Below, piece after piece: positions 12,611 to 24,540 of a stretch of 62,519 nt of DNA. Below the pieces are notes generated by a model that was not told the DNA's origin, did no database searches, and saw nothing but the letters and a program-made list of their open reading frames with translations. Made by a program: the position numbers and the translations under genes. The number at the start of each line of letters is the position of its first letter. Position 1 is the first letter of the stretch. The DNA comes from Negaprion brevirostris (taxonomy: Eukaryota), in assembly GCA_030324005.1 (NCBI GenBank), contig JARDVH010000193.1:99076511-99139029 (forward strand). Reading direction: 5' to 3'.

Positions 12611-14204
12611 CATAGCATATAATTATACTGATGGTCTTAGAAAAATTAATAAAAGAAATGAAAGTTAAAAATATTTAAACTACCTTTACGGCCTATCTTA
12701 TATTTGTGCAACTTCAACAGACTGCTGTTTAATTTGTTAAAATAAATGTTTGATTGTGTTTTTAATTTCAGTTTAACATGAGTATATAATTACATAAGTC
12801 CGTCTGCATGTATACATTTATTTTATATATATATATATGTATTATGTATAAAAGGAAACAGACCAGTCAATTGCTTCACTGTAGCCATAAAATTAACCAC
12901 CCTGATTACACAATGAACAGAATGTGACAGACACTTTACTGTTAGAATTTTCAGATTAGCACTAACTTTAATGTGGCTTTAGCTGAAAGCAGTCACCTAA
13001 AGGATTAGAGTGGGATGCTAAATAGATATGTCAAGGGCAGGACCAGAGAAATTGCTGGAATTTCACGGCTCAGCATTGTGGCTTATAGTTGCAGGAGGAT
13101 GTAAATACATTTTCTTCTAGATGAGGCAGAACTAACAAAGGTGATCTTGTCAGAATTGACAGACATGTTTACATGGGGGAAACACAATGAGGGAGGATTT
13201 TTTTGAACACTTGTTGGAAGTTTGAAGATGTGTATTTTCAGTGAGTGGAGATGGATGAGGAAATTGATCAGGTCACTGATCCCTCAGAAAGCAGGCAGGA
13301 GAGAACATGACTTTCTGTCATTTGGGAGGATTTAAAGGCTTTAAACTGACTGTCTTGATCAAGCCATGTTGGCCAAGTGTTACTGAAACAAGCTGCGTTA
13401 TTCAGTTATGGATCCTGTGCTGCTATGCAGCAAGCTGTTTGATATTTGGCTTGCCCCCGTCAAATCGAAAAATTCAACCAGGCTCGGTTGCAGGGTGGTT
13501 AATTCATTTGCTGAGAGGGGGATGAGACTTAGTGAAGACAAAGATTTAAGTCTAGATGGCAACTAACCATTCAACCCATCTGCCCCACTTGTGCTGAAAT
13601 ACTGTCATTTTATACAAGTTAGGCGCCTGGATTTGTATGGGGTTTCATGGCAGACAAGTAAGGACACAGCAAAAGAATGATCACCGATATGTTTTTTCAT
13701 TAAATATAAATGGGGGGCACACATTTCTTTTTGTAATCAATAACCAGGTCTATAACGCTGCATTCCGAGAGATTGCAATTCCCAAGCCAAGTCATATGCA
13801 TATTTTGTTTGAAACTTGTAAAATTATACTGCAATTTAGGGTCCCTGCTTTTCAGCACATTCAAAACTGGCACAAATGGGAATTAATTGATACACTGATA
13901 GGTTTGGTTGGAGTTGGGTGGGAAGAGAGCTGCATGGAGCATAAACATCGGCATAGACCGATCATCCTGTATCCTTCTGTGCTTCACATTATAGGTAAAT
14001 GCATATCAATAATTCTCAAACTTTTTTGCTCTAAAGGGCTCTTTTTAAATTGTTTGGTAATCAAGGATCACCTCCATTAAAATTACAATACTACATAATA
14101 CTGACAGTGCATAATATTGCAGATAAAGAGAGCTCAAACAATACTTTTAGCAAAATATGTATTTTCTTTCAAATATGAGAGAGATAGAAATGCCTGTTTC
14201 TCAC

Positions 14205-14278
14205 ATACATAGAACATAGAACATAGAACATTACAGCGCAGAACAGGCCCTTCGGCCCACGATGTTGCGCCGACCAGT
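14205..14278 (-). mobile_element. Young CR1 3' end with (TTCTATG)n tail, rest in gap
   Basis: catagaacatagaacatagaacattacagcgcagaacaggcccttcggcccacgatg, CpGs intact, abuts N-run. Confidence 0.85.
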
Positions 14279-14679
14279 NNNNNNNNNNNNNNNNNNNNNN
14301 NNNNNNNNNNNNNNNNNNNNNNNNNNNNNNNNNNNNNNNNNNNNNNNNNNNNNNNNNNNNNNNNNNNNNNNNNNNNNNTTCTGCTGGAGAGCAATAGGAA
14401 CTCAAAACTTGAGGTGGGCATAAGATGTTATTATGTGCTCCTTGGTTTGGTCAAGATTTCCACCGTTTGAGCCAGCTGAGGCTTTGTGGTGTAATTTGCA
14501 TATTAGGTATGCCACATTGACCACGTCCAGTCCGTATTCTGTTGAGGGTTGTCCACATGCTCTAGAGGAGATTGAATCCTTGGCTGTTGAGATGCTGGGT
14601 CAGCGACATTGGCTCAGAACCTCCTGACCATACTCTTCAAGATGCAGACCCCCTCAGAGGTCCCAGTACACTGACTATG

Positions 14680-15030
14680 TGAGAATTGTCCATGATGCTT
14701 TGACATCTGATGGATAGATCTCCTCTATCCAAAACGCTCTGAAAAGTCTCCATCTCTTGAACTAGAGTTGGAAGTTTTGAAGGGTTCCAACTTTCTTACC
14801 TGGATATTTACCCAGGAAATGTTAGAAAGAAATTAAGTTCTAACTGCTGGGTAAGTATACATAATTGCTCACAGATTGTCATTGCCGCCCTATCCCCGCC
14901 AACCCCTGACTCTGAGAACCTTGCCCAGCCCAATCTGACCTACCTTCCCCATGACCCTCCAACTACCTCCAGCCTTCCAACTACCTGTCCCCAAACTGCC
15001 CATCAACTCACCCCTTTACTCTCTGACACT
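14680..15030. repeat. Unclassified interspersed repeat, inverted homolog of 50417-51126
   Basis: Reverse complement of 14760-14855 (ttacccagcagttagaac…tttcctgggtaaatat…aagttggaac…aaacttccaact) resembles 50881-50972. C-rich tract mirrors the G-rich tract at 50460-50880. Confidence 0.5.
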
Positions 15031-15148
15031 CACATGAAATAAATGCTGGATTCTGATGTGCAAATTATGGTTCTCATCTAAAATGTCTACATTTTATGAA
15101 ATGTTTCTGTGTGATCATTGTTTCTATTGAAATATTTCCAGACGTTAG

Positions 15149-17316
15149 GGGTGGAATTCTCCAAATCAGCCTGCAATGGGTTTGTCAGCAGGTGTGGAGA
15201 ATCTGGCGGGAGCCAAAAAGTCAGAAACGTGTCGGTGTAAAATCATGTTGTAGTTCTCCCAGTGGCAGGTTGGCCTTCCCGCTGGCTGGTGGTGTGAATG
15301 CCATTTGCATTCATTTGCACCTCATGAATGCTCATTAAGAAAGCTGCCTGCTGACATCCTGTCAGGCTTCCCAATCTTGTGTCACGCCAGTGTGAAATTA
15401 CATTGGTCTAAAATTCAATTGCTAATGAGTGGCGAGCACAGGGTGGTCCTCAAAGTTCCTAAGAGATCCAGAGTGAGTGCAACAACTTTCTGCCATAGTG
15501 CAACACTGCTCCTGATGCTCTGTACACCACTCTGCCATGGCAGACATGGCAACGAGCCCTCCATCTCCATATCAAGCTGGTCTTCATGTGCAGCACTGTG
15601 CTACAGGACCATGGAGCCTCCTGTGTCACCATCTCAGATCAGTACTGCACCTGGGGTTGCAAAATACAGAGGTCTCCTTCCCCTTGCCACACACCAGTGT
15701 CTGTCTGCACAGTCCTGTGCAGCAGGACTTGTGCTACCATCACAAAGATCCAAATTTCCATCAGGAGGTGGAGTGCAAGTTAAGCCAGGGGAAGGTGGTG
15801 AGGGTCTCCTAACAAAGGCAAAGGGGGGCAAATTGGAAGGAGGGCTGTACAAGTGTGGGGAAGGGGAGGGTGAGGGATCATTCATGCAGAGAGGCATGAA
15901 TTCCTTTCCTACAGCACCTTTCCATGGAAGAGTAGAAGACGCAATACTTGTCCTTTACTTCCTCTCCCCTTTCCATCCCAGCCTCCAACTATTAATTCCT
16001 AGTAAAACAGCAATTTACATTTAATATTTCAATTTATTTGATTTGATTTATTATTGTCACGTGTCAGTATACAGTGAAAAGTATGGTTTCTCGCATGCTA
16101 GACAGACAAAGCGTATTGTTCATAGAGAAGGTAAGGAGAGAGTGCAGAATGTAGTGTTATGGTCATAGTTAGGATATAGAGAAAGATCAACTTAGTGTGA
16201 GGTAGGTCCATTCAAAAGTCTGATGGCAACAGGGAAGAAGCTGTTCTTGAGTCAGTTGGTATGTGACCTCACACTTCTGTATCTTTTTCCCGATGGAAGA
16301 ATGTGGAAGAGAGTTTGTCCGGACTGTGTGGGGTCTTTAATTATGGTGGATGCTTTTCCGAGGAAGCGTGAAATATAGACAGTGTCAATGAATGGGAGGC
16401 TGGGTTGGGTGATCGACTGGGCTTCGTTCATGACCCTTTGTAGTTTATTGCGGTCCTAGACAAGAGTGGGAGCCACACCAACCTGTGATACAATAGAAAT
16501 AATGCTTTCTATGGTGCATCTGTAAAAGTTTGTGAGAGTCGTAGTGGACATGCCAAATTTCCTTAGTCTTCTAAAAAAGTAGAGATGTTAATGGATTTGC
16601 TTAATTATAGTGTCAGCATGTTGGGNNNNNNNNNNNNNNNNNNNNNNNNNNNNNNNNNNNNNNAAGCTCTCGACCATTTCTACTTCATCCCCATTGATGT
16701 GGACAGGAGCTTGTTCTCCCCTATGTTTCCTGAAGCCAATGGCTGTCTCTCTCATTTTTTTGACATTGAAGGAGAAATTATTGTTGTTGCACCAGGATAA
16801 AGAAGATCTATAATGGAAGTCAGAAGCAAGAAATGGTGAGGAAAGCTGGACCCTGACAAAACTGCATGAAATGCTCACAAACCAGTGGGTCATTGTTTAC
16901 TGAAAGTGGATGTGTGGACACTCCAGATATGGTTGGTCGAGGTCCAAGTGGAGCATGGGCATCTCGCAGGTGTTGGATTCAGTAGAAGGGTGGTTGAATC
17001 AAGGAGAAAACTTCCTCTTGTGACTGCTGGCCTTTCCCTACAGGATTGCTGACATCCTGCACGGTCTGATGAAGACACAGGGGCTGGAGTCAGTGATATG
17101 AGTGTGCTTGACTAGTGTTTTAACATGGCATCCAAACCTTCAAACTCATAGCTGAAGGTGAGCAGGCAAATGAGCTGCTGGCCTGCCAGGAGGTGTAGAG
17201 GGAATTTGCCTGTGCATAATTATCTTCCAAGTGCAGAATCTGACATGGGATCCCTATTCTATTCCGGCCAGCAGGGCAGGCATTGCACTTAGTCTCAGTC
17301 AAGGAGAATTCCACTC
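15149..17316. mobile_element. PIF/Harbinger-type non-autonomous DNA element hosting a Rex1 insertion
   Basis: TIRs gggtggaattctcc (15149-15162) and ggagaattccactc (17303-17316) match at 13/14. TSD not clean. Confidence 0.55.
16036..16796 (-). mobile_element. Rex1/Babar-type LINE 3' fragment
   Basis: Same tail as 3203 copy (atttgatttgatttattattgtcac). Peptide WCNNNNFSFNVKKMRETAIGFRKHRGEQAPVHINGDEVEMVES. Confidence 0.85.
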
Positions 17317-17320
17317 TGAG

Positions 17321-18556
17321 AATATAAAAACAAAAGATGCTGAAAAATTTCAGCCCTTACTGCAGCATCCGTGGAGAAAGAAACAGATTTAACATTTTGA
17401 CTCCATGGGGTCGATTCTCCCCAAAAAATTCTAAGTGTCGAATTTGCATAAAACTGGAGTAAATCCTGCTTTTTTTTCCAGCAGGAATTTCAAACTGAAT
17501 CTCCCACACTCAGAGTGCCCTAATGTGAAGCTTGTGAAAAATCTGTGGCCGGGGTTTATTCCCATTGGAGAGGCCCGCAGCACAGCGCTGAGCGGGCTAC
17601 TGCACATATGCCAATCAGTTAGCGCTGAGTTTGGTGCATACACTGTAGACCTCTGTGCTGGCCTCTTGCACAGCAAACCCCCCATTGCTGGCCATATGAC
17701 CACCCCGTGACCCAATTGCTAGCCACCTGAANNNNNNNNNNNNNNNNNNNNNNNNNNNNNNNNNNNNNNNNNNNNNNNNNNNNNNNNNNNNNNNNNNNNN
17801 NNNNNNNNNNNNNNNNNNNNNNNNNNNNNNNNNNNNNNNNNNNNNNNNNNNNNNNNNNNNNNNNNNNNNNNNNNNNNNNNNNNNNNNNNNNNNNNNNNNN
17901 NNNNNNNNNNNNNNNNNNNNNNNNNNNNNNNNNNNNNNNNNNNNNNNNNNNNNNNNNNNNNNNNNNNNNNNNNNNNNNNNNNNNNNNNNNNNNNNNNNNN
18001 NNNNNNNNNNNNNNNNNNNNNNNNNNNNNNNNNNNNNNNNNNNNNNNNNNNNNNNNNNNNNNNNNNNNNNNNNNNNNNNNNNNNNNNNNNNNNNNNNNNN
18101 NNNNNNNNNNNNNNNNNNNNNNNNNNNNNNNNNNNNGGGGAGCTCTTGTAAACTCCGCTGGAGTGAAATACTGCTGTGGGGACAGAGATTCTAGCAAGCA
18201 CGGAGACCCGGGCCTGCTAATTCAATGCAATAAATTCTCATTTATTAAATTAAACAGCTCCGCACCAATTTCTGGCATAGAGCTGACGGCGCCGGAAATC
18301 CAGTTGACAGAGATTAATAAAGGCTGTGGCATCCAGCAGGAAGCCCGCAAAACAGCCTTCGCTTGAGTCTCCCAGCCTACTACGCTGCTTTTGCTGTGCA
18401 GCTTGCTGGGAGAATCGCCCACCATATGATTGAAGAAGGGGACTTGAAATATTAACTCTCTTTCTCTCGCTACTGATGCCACCAGACCTACTGAGTTTTT
18501 ACAGCATTTTGTGTTTTTATTTCAAATTTCTAGCTACCACAGTGTTTTGCTTTTAT
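17321..18556. mobile_element. Palindromic Penelope-type repeat (family B) split by a Harbinger-type insert
   Basis: Left arm aaaacaaaagatgctgaaaaatttcagc…gcagcatccgtggagaaagaaacagatttaacattttga (17321-17400) is inverted relative to right arm tgaaatattaactctctttctctcgctactgatgcc…ctgagtttttacagcattttgtgttttt (18445-18556). Confidence 0.7.
17407..18422. mobile_element. PIF/Harbinger-type non-autonomous DNA transposon
   Basis: TIRs ggggtcgattctccc / gggagaatcgcccac (13/15). Exact 3-bp TSD cat (17404-17406, 18423-18425). Centre is in a gap. Confidence 0.8.
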
Positions 18557-18889
18557 TTTAATCAGAAATTAAGGACCAAGATTAATTACATTTCAAACTT
18601 CTAGTTGCAGTAACGTCTTATGGATGGCCCCCCTCATGTTTCAGTAGTTGGTAAAGGTTGTATTTAGACCTGAGTCTTAGAATGGAAAACCTGAGCCCTA
18701 GAATAGATGAAGCCCGGGCTCAATCTCTATGTGATGAGCTTGCCACTCTCAGTCAGGCCAATAATTATCTTTTAATCCCTGGGCTAGGGAGGACAGAAGT
18801 CATATGCAGAACTCTATTGGTTGAGTACAGATTTAGTGTGACATGATGGTTAAGTCATATGTTTCACCTAGACTTACAGGTGAAGTTCG

Positions 18890-19015
18890 CAACATTCTGC
18901 ACCATCTCCTTTCCTTCTCCCCTATAACTGGTAGCTTTGTCAGTATAGAGCGCAAGAACCAATACTTTTGACTGTATCCCAATACATGTGATAGTAAAAA
19001 TCAAATCAAATCAAA
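18890..19015 (+). mobile_element. Rex1/Babar 3' UTR fragment
   Basis: cattctgcaccatctcctttccttctc…tacttttgactgtatcccaatacatgtgatagtaaaaatcaaatcaaatcaaa, reverse complement of the ends at 3203 and 16036. Confidence 0.75.
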
Positions 19016-20871
19016 AATCAAAGAATGAGCACTTTAATGTGGTAATGGGAAGTAGCCGTAGACGCACAGTTCAAAGTGAGTCAGCACCTCAGGAAGGACA
19101 AATGTTTTCATGGAGGATAACGAATCCAGTTGATTTTGTGAAAATGACTGTTAGTCAAGTGAAGTGCATACCTTCAGAATTTCGAAATTTCAGTTGGACT
19201 GAGACAAAATCTAGGCTTGAATTTGGTTAGTAAAATATAAACACTGAAACATACAAGCACTTGAAGGTTGTGAATGAATAAAAATTCTGGATGTGAGTAT
19301 TTATAATGTCGGTGAGGGGCAGATTTTTTTCAGTTGCTCAGCCTTAATTACGAAAACACATTTAATGGATAATTGCCTATTATTCCTCTATTGTCCAAGA
19401 TGTTGAGACATGAAACTTCTGCCTATTTTTTGATCTGAACAAAAAGTAAAAGTGCACCCTCTCAGCATCAGAATGACAAAGAAAGCTGACATGCAGCAGG
19501 GAAAAAGAAAGGAAGTCATTGAATCACCTTAAAGCCAAAAACAATTGTGCTAATTACTTACAGCTTGTAATAAAATGAGGAGTTTAACAACCAAAGCATT
19601 TTCGGAGGCATTTTATGTTAAATCACTGCAGCAAGTTTTACCTTGATTTGTCAAATGATGATCAGTCACTGTGTAAAGTATTAACCGTAACAGTTTTCCT
19701 CATTTAAGGTGTGTTCATTAAACCATTACATAATTATGTTGAGTTTATGGAATTCCAACAGAAAGAGATCTATTAATGTAGCATGGATAATAAAATGGAC
19801 AGCAGTCACACCTGCACAGAAAATGGCATCATGTGGGAAGTAATACAAAACTTAATGATCTGTCATTCAGGCTTAGCTCTAACCTTGGAACGTGTATTTT
19901 TCTCTTTATGCCATATTAATAACCAAACTGAATTAACATAAAAATAAAAAATCTGGATTAGTTGGTGTTATGAGAAGAAGAGTATATAACCTTATGATTG
20001 AAGTCTAAATCTCCTTTATAGAGAAGCTGAAATACATTTTTTGAAGATGATTAATATTTGTTACTGCAACAAAAACCCTGGTAGCTTTTCATTTCATAGG
20101 CATCTTACAGCGCATCATACTTTAAACTCAGAAATCTGATTCATCTTCCTCAATAAGTATATTTAAGCTGCCCTATCCCTCTGTGACAATCTATTTGACA
20201 ATTTCAAGTCAATTTCAGAAATTTGAAATCACCCAATGAGTGATTTTTCTGTGCTCATGTTGATTTAGAAGCAAAATGATCAGGGACAAAGAAACCACTG
20301 TGATGAATTGAATCCCTCAAAGTGCTTGATACAACATTTGCTGTGTTAACTCCAGCATTTCCTGTATATTCAAAACAGTCATGTCATTTCACAGACGTCG
20401 TTGCAGAAACTCAAGAGGCTCAAAATGGACTTTTCCTCAGATTTAATTATATGTTTTAAACCCCTTTACCCTTGCTCAAGAATTGTTTTTCACTAGAAGC
20501 CCGCTTAATTTTCTGGACTTTATTTTGCGAAGGATGCGGCAATGAAGACTTGGGAGATGGATTTCATATCATGGCTCTGTAATCCATTCAAACGAGCAGA
20601 TTCAATTAAATCTGTCTTAAGTAAGCTCTTTTTTATTTAAAAGCAGAGGTTAAGCTTTACATTAATTATGAGGAATGTTTGTTGGTTGGACAGTAAAGTC
20701 CAATAATGGTCTTACTCTGTCTTTGTACTGTAGAACAGGTGCAATATCAATTGTCACCTCTAGCCATGCAGAAGTAAGAATGACATTTCATGCCTCTAAT
20801 GTCTGATCTTGAATAATCATGGACACAATATGAAATCTCTTGCTGATTGTCTCAGTATTAACACAGTGGCA

Positions 20872-21015
20872 ACGTCGGTCCTTCCTCAGATCTCTGAAGG
20901 AACAGAAATATGAACTCTATTTACTCTCTCCATAGACGCTGCCAAACCTGCTGACCTTTTCCAGCATTTTCTGTTTTTATTTCTGATTCCAGCATCAGCA
21001 GTATTTTGCTTTTAT
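20872..21015 (+). mobile_element. Penelope-type repeat family B fragment
   Basis: ctctctccatagacgctgccaaacctgctgaccttttccagcattttctgtttttatttctgattccagcatcagcagtattttgctttt, homologous to 18445-18556. Confidence 0.75.
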
Positions 21016-21177
21016 GTTACCATGCCATTGGCCAGAGAGCAAGCAAAGCAGAAATCGAAAGCAGTTTACTGGTGCCCCTTAATGAAGCAGAGTTATCAAA
21101 TCTAGTCTTTCTTCATCTTATATACACATAGGGCTACCACCACCCCTCCACCCCCCTGCCAACCAAAGCTTCGCAAA

Positions 21178-22760
21178 AACAGCAACTTTAAATAGTGCCT
21201 ACAATATGGCATAGTTTCTACAGGTGCTCCGTAGAAGTGTTATAAAGCAGAATTTGACACCAAGCTACATAAGGAGATGTTAGCATTGGTGACCAAAAAC
21301 TTGGTCAAAGAGGTGGATTTGAATGAATGTCTTGAAAGAGGAAAGAGAGAAAGCGCAGTGGAAAGGTCTAGGAAGGAAATTTCAGAGTTTCTGACCGAGG
21401 AGGCTAAAGGTACAGCGAGCAATAGTAGACCAATTAAAATTGGGGGTGCTCAAAAGTCCAGGATTGAAGGAGTGCAGATATCCCAGAGGGTTGTAGGCTT
21501 GGAGGAGGTTACAGAGAATGGAAGGGCTGAGGGATGAAAGGATTTCAAAACATGATAGGAATTTTAACATCATGGCATTGCTTAACTGGCAATAAGTCAA
21601 TGAGCACAGACTGAGAGCAAATGGAACTCAGTGTATGTAAGGGCACAGGCAAGAAGCATTTTGAATGACCTCAAGTTCATGAAGGTTAGGAGGTGGCCAG
21701 GAGTGAATTGGAATAGAAAAAAAGGCAGGGATGAATATTTCAGCAGCAGAAGAACTGAGGCAGGAGTGAGTTGGGCAATGATATGGAGATGGAAATAGGT
21801 GGTCTTAGTATTGACAAGAATGTGTGATCAGAAGCTCTTCTCAGAGGCAAATACGTTACCAAAGTTACAAAGAGGCTCCCTCATCCTCAGGGATTTACCA
21901 AAGAAAGCAATAGTTTGATGGATAGTGAGTAGAGATTATGGCAGACAGCAAAGACAGTGGTTTTTGGCATTCCTAATATTTTGCAGGAGATATTTCTGTT
22001 CATCCAACATTGGAATTTGAAGAAATAGCATAAAAACATGGTGGAGGAATGACATTGGAGGAGTCGACTGAAGTGGTGGTGAGTTAGAACTGGATCCCTT
22101 CAGCATATGTGTGGAAACTAATACTGTGTTTCCAGATGATGTCACTGAGGGGCAGCAAGTAGTTGAGGAAAAGGAAAGATGAATGGATACCTATTGGATG
22201 GCATGGTGGCACAGTAGTTAGCACTGTTGCCTCACAGCGCCAGGGGCCCGGGTTCAATTCCCGGCTTGGGTCACTATCTGTGTGGAATTTGCATATTCAC
22301 CTGTGTCTGCGTGCATTTCCTCCGGGTGCTCTGGTTTCCTCCCACAGTCCAAAGATGTGCGGGTTAGGTGGATTGGCCATGCTAAATTATCCTTTAGTGT
22401 CAGGGGGACTAGCAAAGGTAAATGTGTGGGATTACGGGGATAGGCCCTGCGTGGGATTGTGGTCAGTGGGGACTCAATGGGCTGAATGGCCTCCTTCTGC
22501 ACTGTAAGATTCTATGATCCTTAGGGACTCAATAGTGCAGGAGCGGGCCAAGAAAAATTGAAGTTTTTTTTTTCGGGCTAAGGTTAGATGTGCAAGAGTG
22601 AATCAGGCAAACATATTCCCAAGGACAGGATGTGGGGGAGAATAGATTGGTAAAATATATCAATGGTTGCAGATAGCTCAAGAAGGCCAAGGAGAGATAA
22701 TTCATGTTCTTCACAGTAATGTAGGATGTCAGTTCTGACTTTGTGAAACAATATCAAGTC
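21178..22760 (-). mobile_element. L2 LINE remnant (RT to 3' end), interrupted by HE1 SINE
   Basis: Minus strand 22085-22190 translates FLFLNYLLPLSDIIWKHSISFHTYAEGIQF (decayed YADD motif). L2-type C-terminus and 3' UTR at 21178-21420. Homology resumes after 22520. Confidence 0.8.
22196..22519 (+). mobile_element. HE1 V-SINE, full length, CR1-type tail
   Basis: tRNA head (tggcacagtagttagc; ggttcaattcc), V-domain, tail gggctgaatggcctccttctgcactgtaagattctatgat. Confidence 0.95.
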
Positions 22761-23606
22761 CAACGCCTGACTGGGTGCCCACTCTTAGAGCTACAGGGAC
22801 TATACTTGTTAGCACCATTAATTGTGCAATGGTCAGAACATGCACAGTAGCCATCGGAAGGAGTCTGTATTGGGCATGTGCCTTGTTCATGGTGGGGCCT
22901 AACTTAAAAGGAGCTGGTGAGCTGCTAGAATGAAACACGTTCTTCAGGGACAGTTCGTCAAATTTGGGGTGGGAGAACCATGGGAGCAGCCAAATCTGAA
23001 GGATTAACAACAGGTCTTAAATGTAAAGGATGAAAGCATCAGCGCTCAAAGGGTGCAGCAATTCACTGTGGCAAGGAAAAAAAAATGCTGCACTTATAAT
23101 AGCAAGGAAATTACATAGTGGATATCTCAAAAGTTCAAAGTGCAAAAGCAACTGCAGTAGAAATGAACCTATTTCCTACAGAAACTAATAAACCTTTCAT
23201 AGCATTCAATATGGCTGCCTTGCAATTTCTATTACCCATGGTGTGTGGAATCAAGGACTGGTGATAGTAATGAAGACGAAGGAAAATGCATTGGGAGAGT
23301 GGCATAAGTGCGACATTTGACCCTGATTTGCTGTTATTCACAAGGCGCCTAGTTGTTTCTAATGGAAATTCCAGCTCCAAGGTCCTCCTAAAAATCAGAA
23401 TNNNNNNNNNNNNNNNNNNNNNNNNNNNNNNNNNNNNNNNNNNNNNNNNNNNNNNNNNNNNNNNNNNNNNNNNNNNNNNNNNNNNNNNNNNNNNNNNNNN
23501 NCCTCCTAAAAATCAGAATCAGTCACCAACAGGGCACAGATTTTTCCAGCTGCTTGCCTCCCTACCGCTGCCAGTGAGAACGGAGAATTTGGCAATTAAT
23601 GTATTT

Positions 23607-23952
23607 GGCACAGTAGCACAGTGGTTAGCACTGCTGCTTCACAGCTCCAGGGACCTGGGTTCCATTCGCGTCTTGGGTCACTGTCTGTGTGGAGTTTGCA
23701 CATTGTCCTCGTGTCTGCGTGGGTTTCCTCTGAGCACTCTGGTTTCTTCCCACAGTCCAAAGATGTGCGCGTTATGTTGATTGGCTATGCTAAAAAAAAT
23801 TGCCCCTTAGTGTCCTGGGATGTGTAGGATAGAGGGATTAGCAGGTAAAATATATAGGGATATGGGGGTAGGGCCTGGGTGGGATGGTGGTCTGTGCAGA
23901 TCGATGGGCCAAATGGCCTCTTTCTGCACTGTAGAGTTTCTATGATTTCTAT
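23607..23952 (+). mobile_element. HE1 V-SINE, CR1-type tail
   Basis: Colinear with 22196-22519, ends ttctatgatttctat. Confidence 0.95.
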
Positions 23953-24540
23953 TTGTATCAAATTCCATTCACATTAAACAGGTTAATCTGTTTATTTAAA
24001 ATGGACTAAGGGCATAGTTAAAGTAGCAGATGGAGGAATATCAGACAGATGTCTAAATATTTTTGCATTACTATTGTGTCTTTATTGTACAGTGAAACAA
24101 TGCAGATGCAACAATGGATCATATTTTAACAAAGAAAATGGCAGACTGTTCATTCTGGTGAGAAAAATGGCACTTTTCTGTTCATGGAAATAGGTTTCAG
24201 GCATTGTGTTTTTGTCCCATGCAGACAAGCAATATAAGTTACTTTTCCTTCCCTAAAGATCTATATGTGGTGATCCTGACTCTGTTCTCACTGTCCACAG
24301 GAATGATGGTGGGGGATGAAGATCCGGTGAAACCCAGAAGTCATGAATCTTGCTGACAAGGTTGTGACTTCTGGTTTTTACTGCGCATCGCTAGCAATGC
24401 AATCAGGTTCACACCCATGGGTTTGCTGGCACTGATTATTGAGAGGGGAGGAGGAAATGTGGTGAATGCCGGCTCTGATGGGGAGGAATTGGTCAGAGGA
24501 TGTAGGTTGGGGGAGGAGGGAGGAGGGAACTTACTTTTTG

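Noticed and set aside
13105-13146. Possible micro-exon ttttcttctag|atgaggcagaactaacaaag|gtgatc
   Set aside because: 20 nt, weak donor and no recognisable peptide. Expected by chance in 62 kb.
15305-16024. Longest N-free ORF (239 aa)
   Set aside because: Non-ATG start, no recognisable domain, low-complexity Gly-rich end, and it lies inside a TIR element. Treated as a chance ORF.
22196-22270. tRNA-like A/B boxes at SINE heads
   Set aside because: They continue into V-domain and LINE tails, so these are SINE heads, not tRNA genes.
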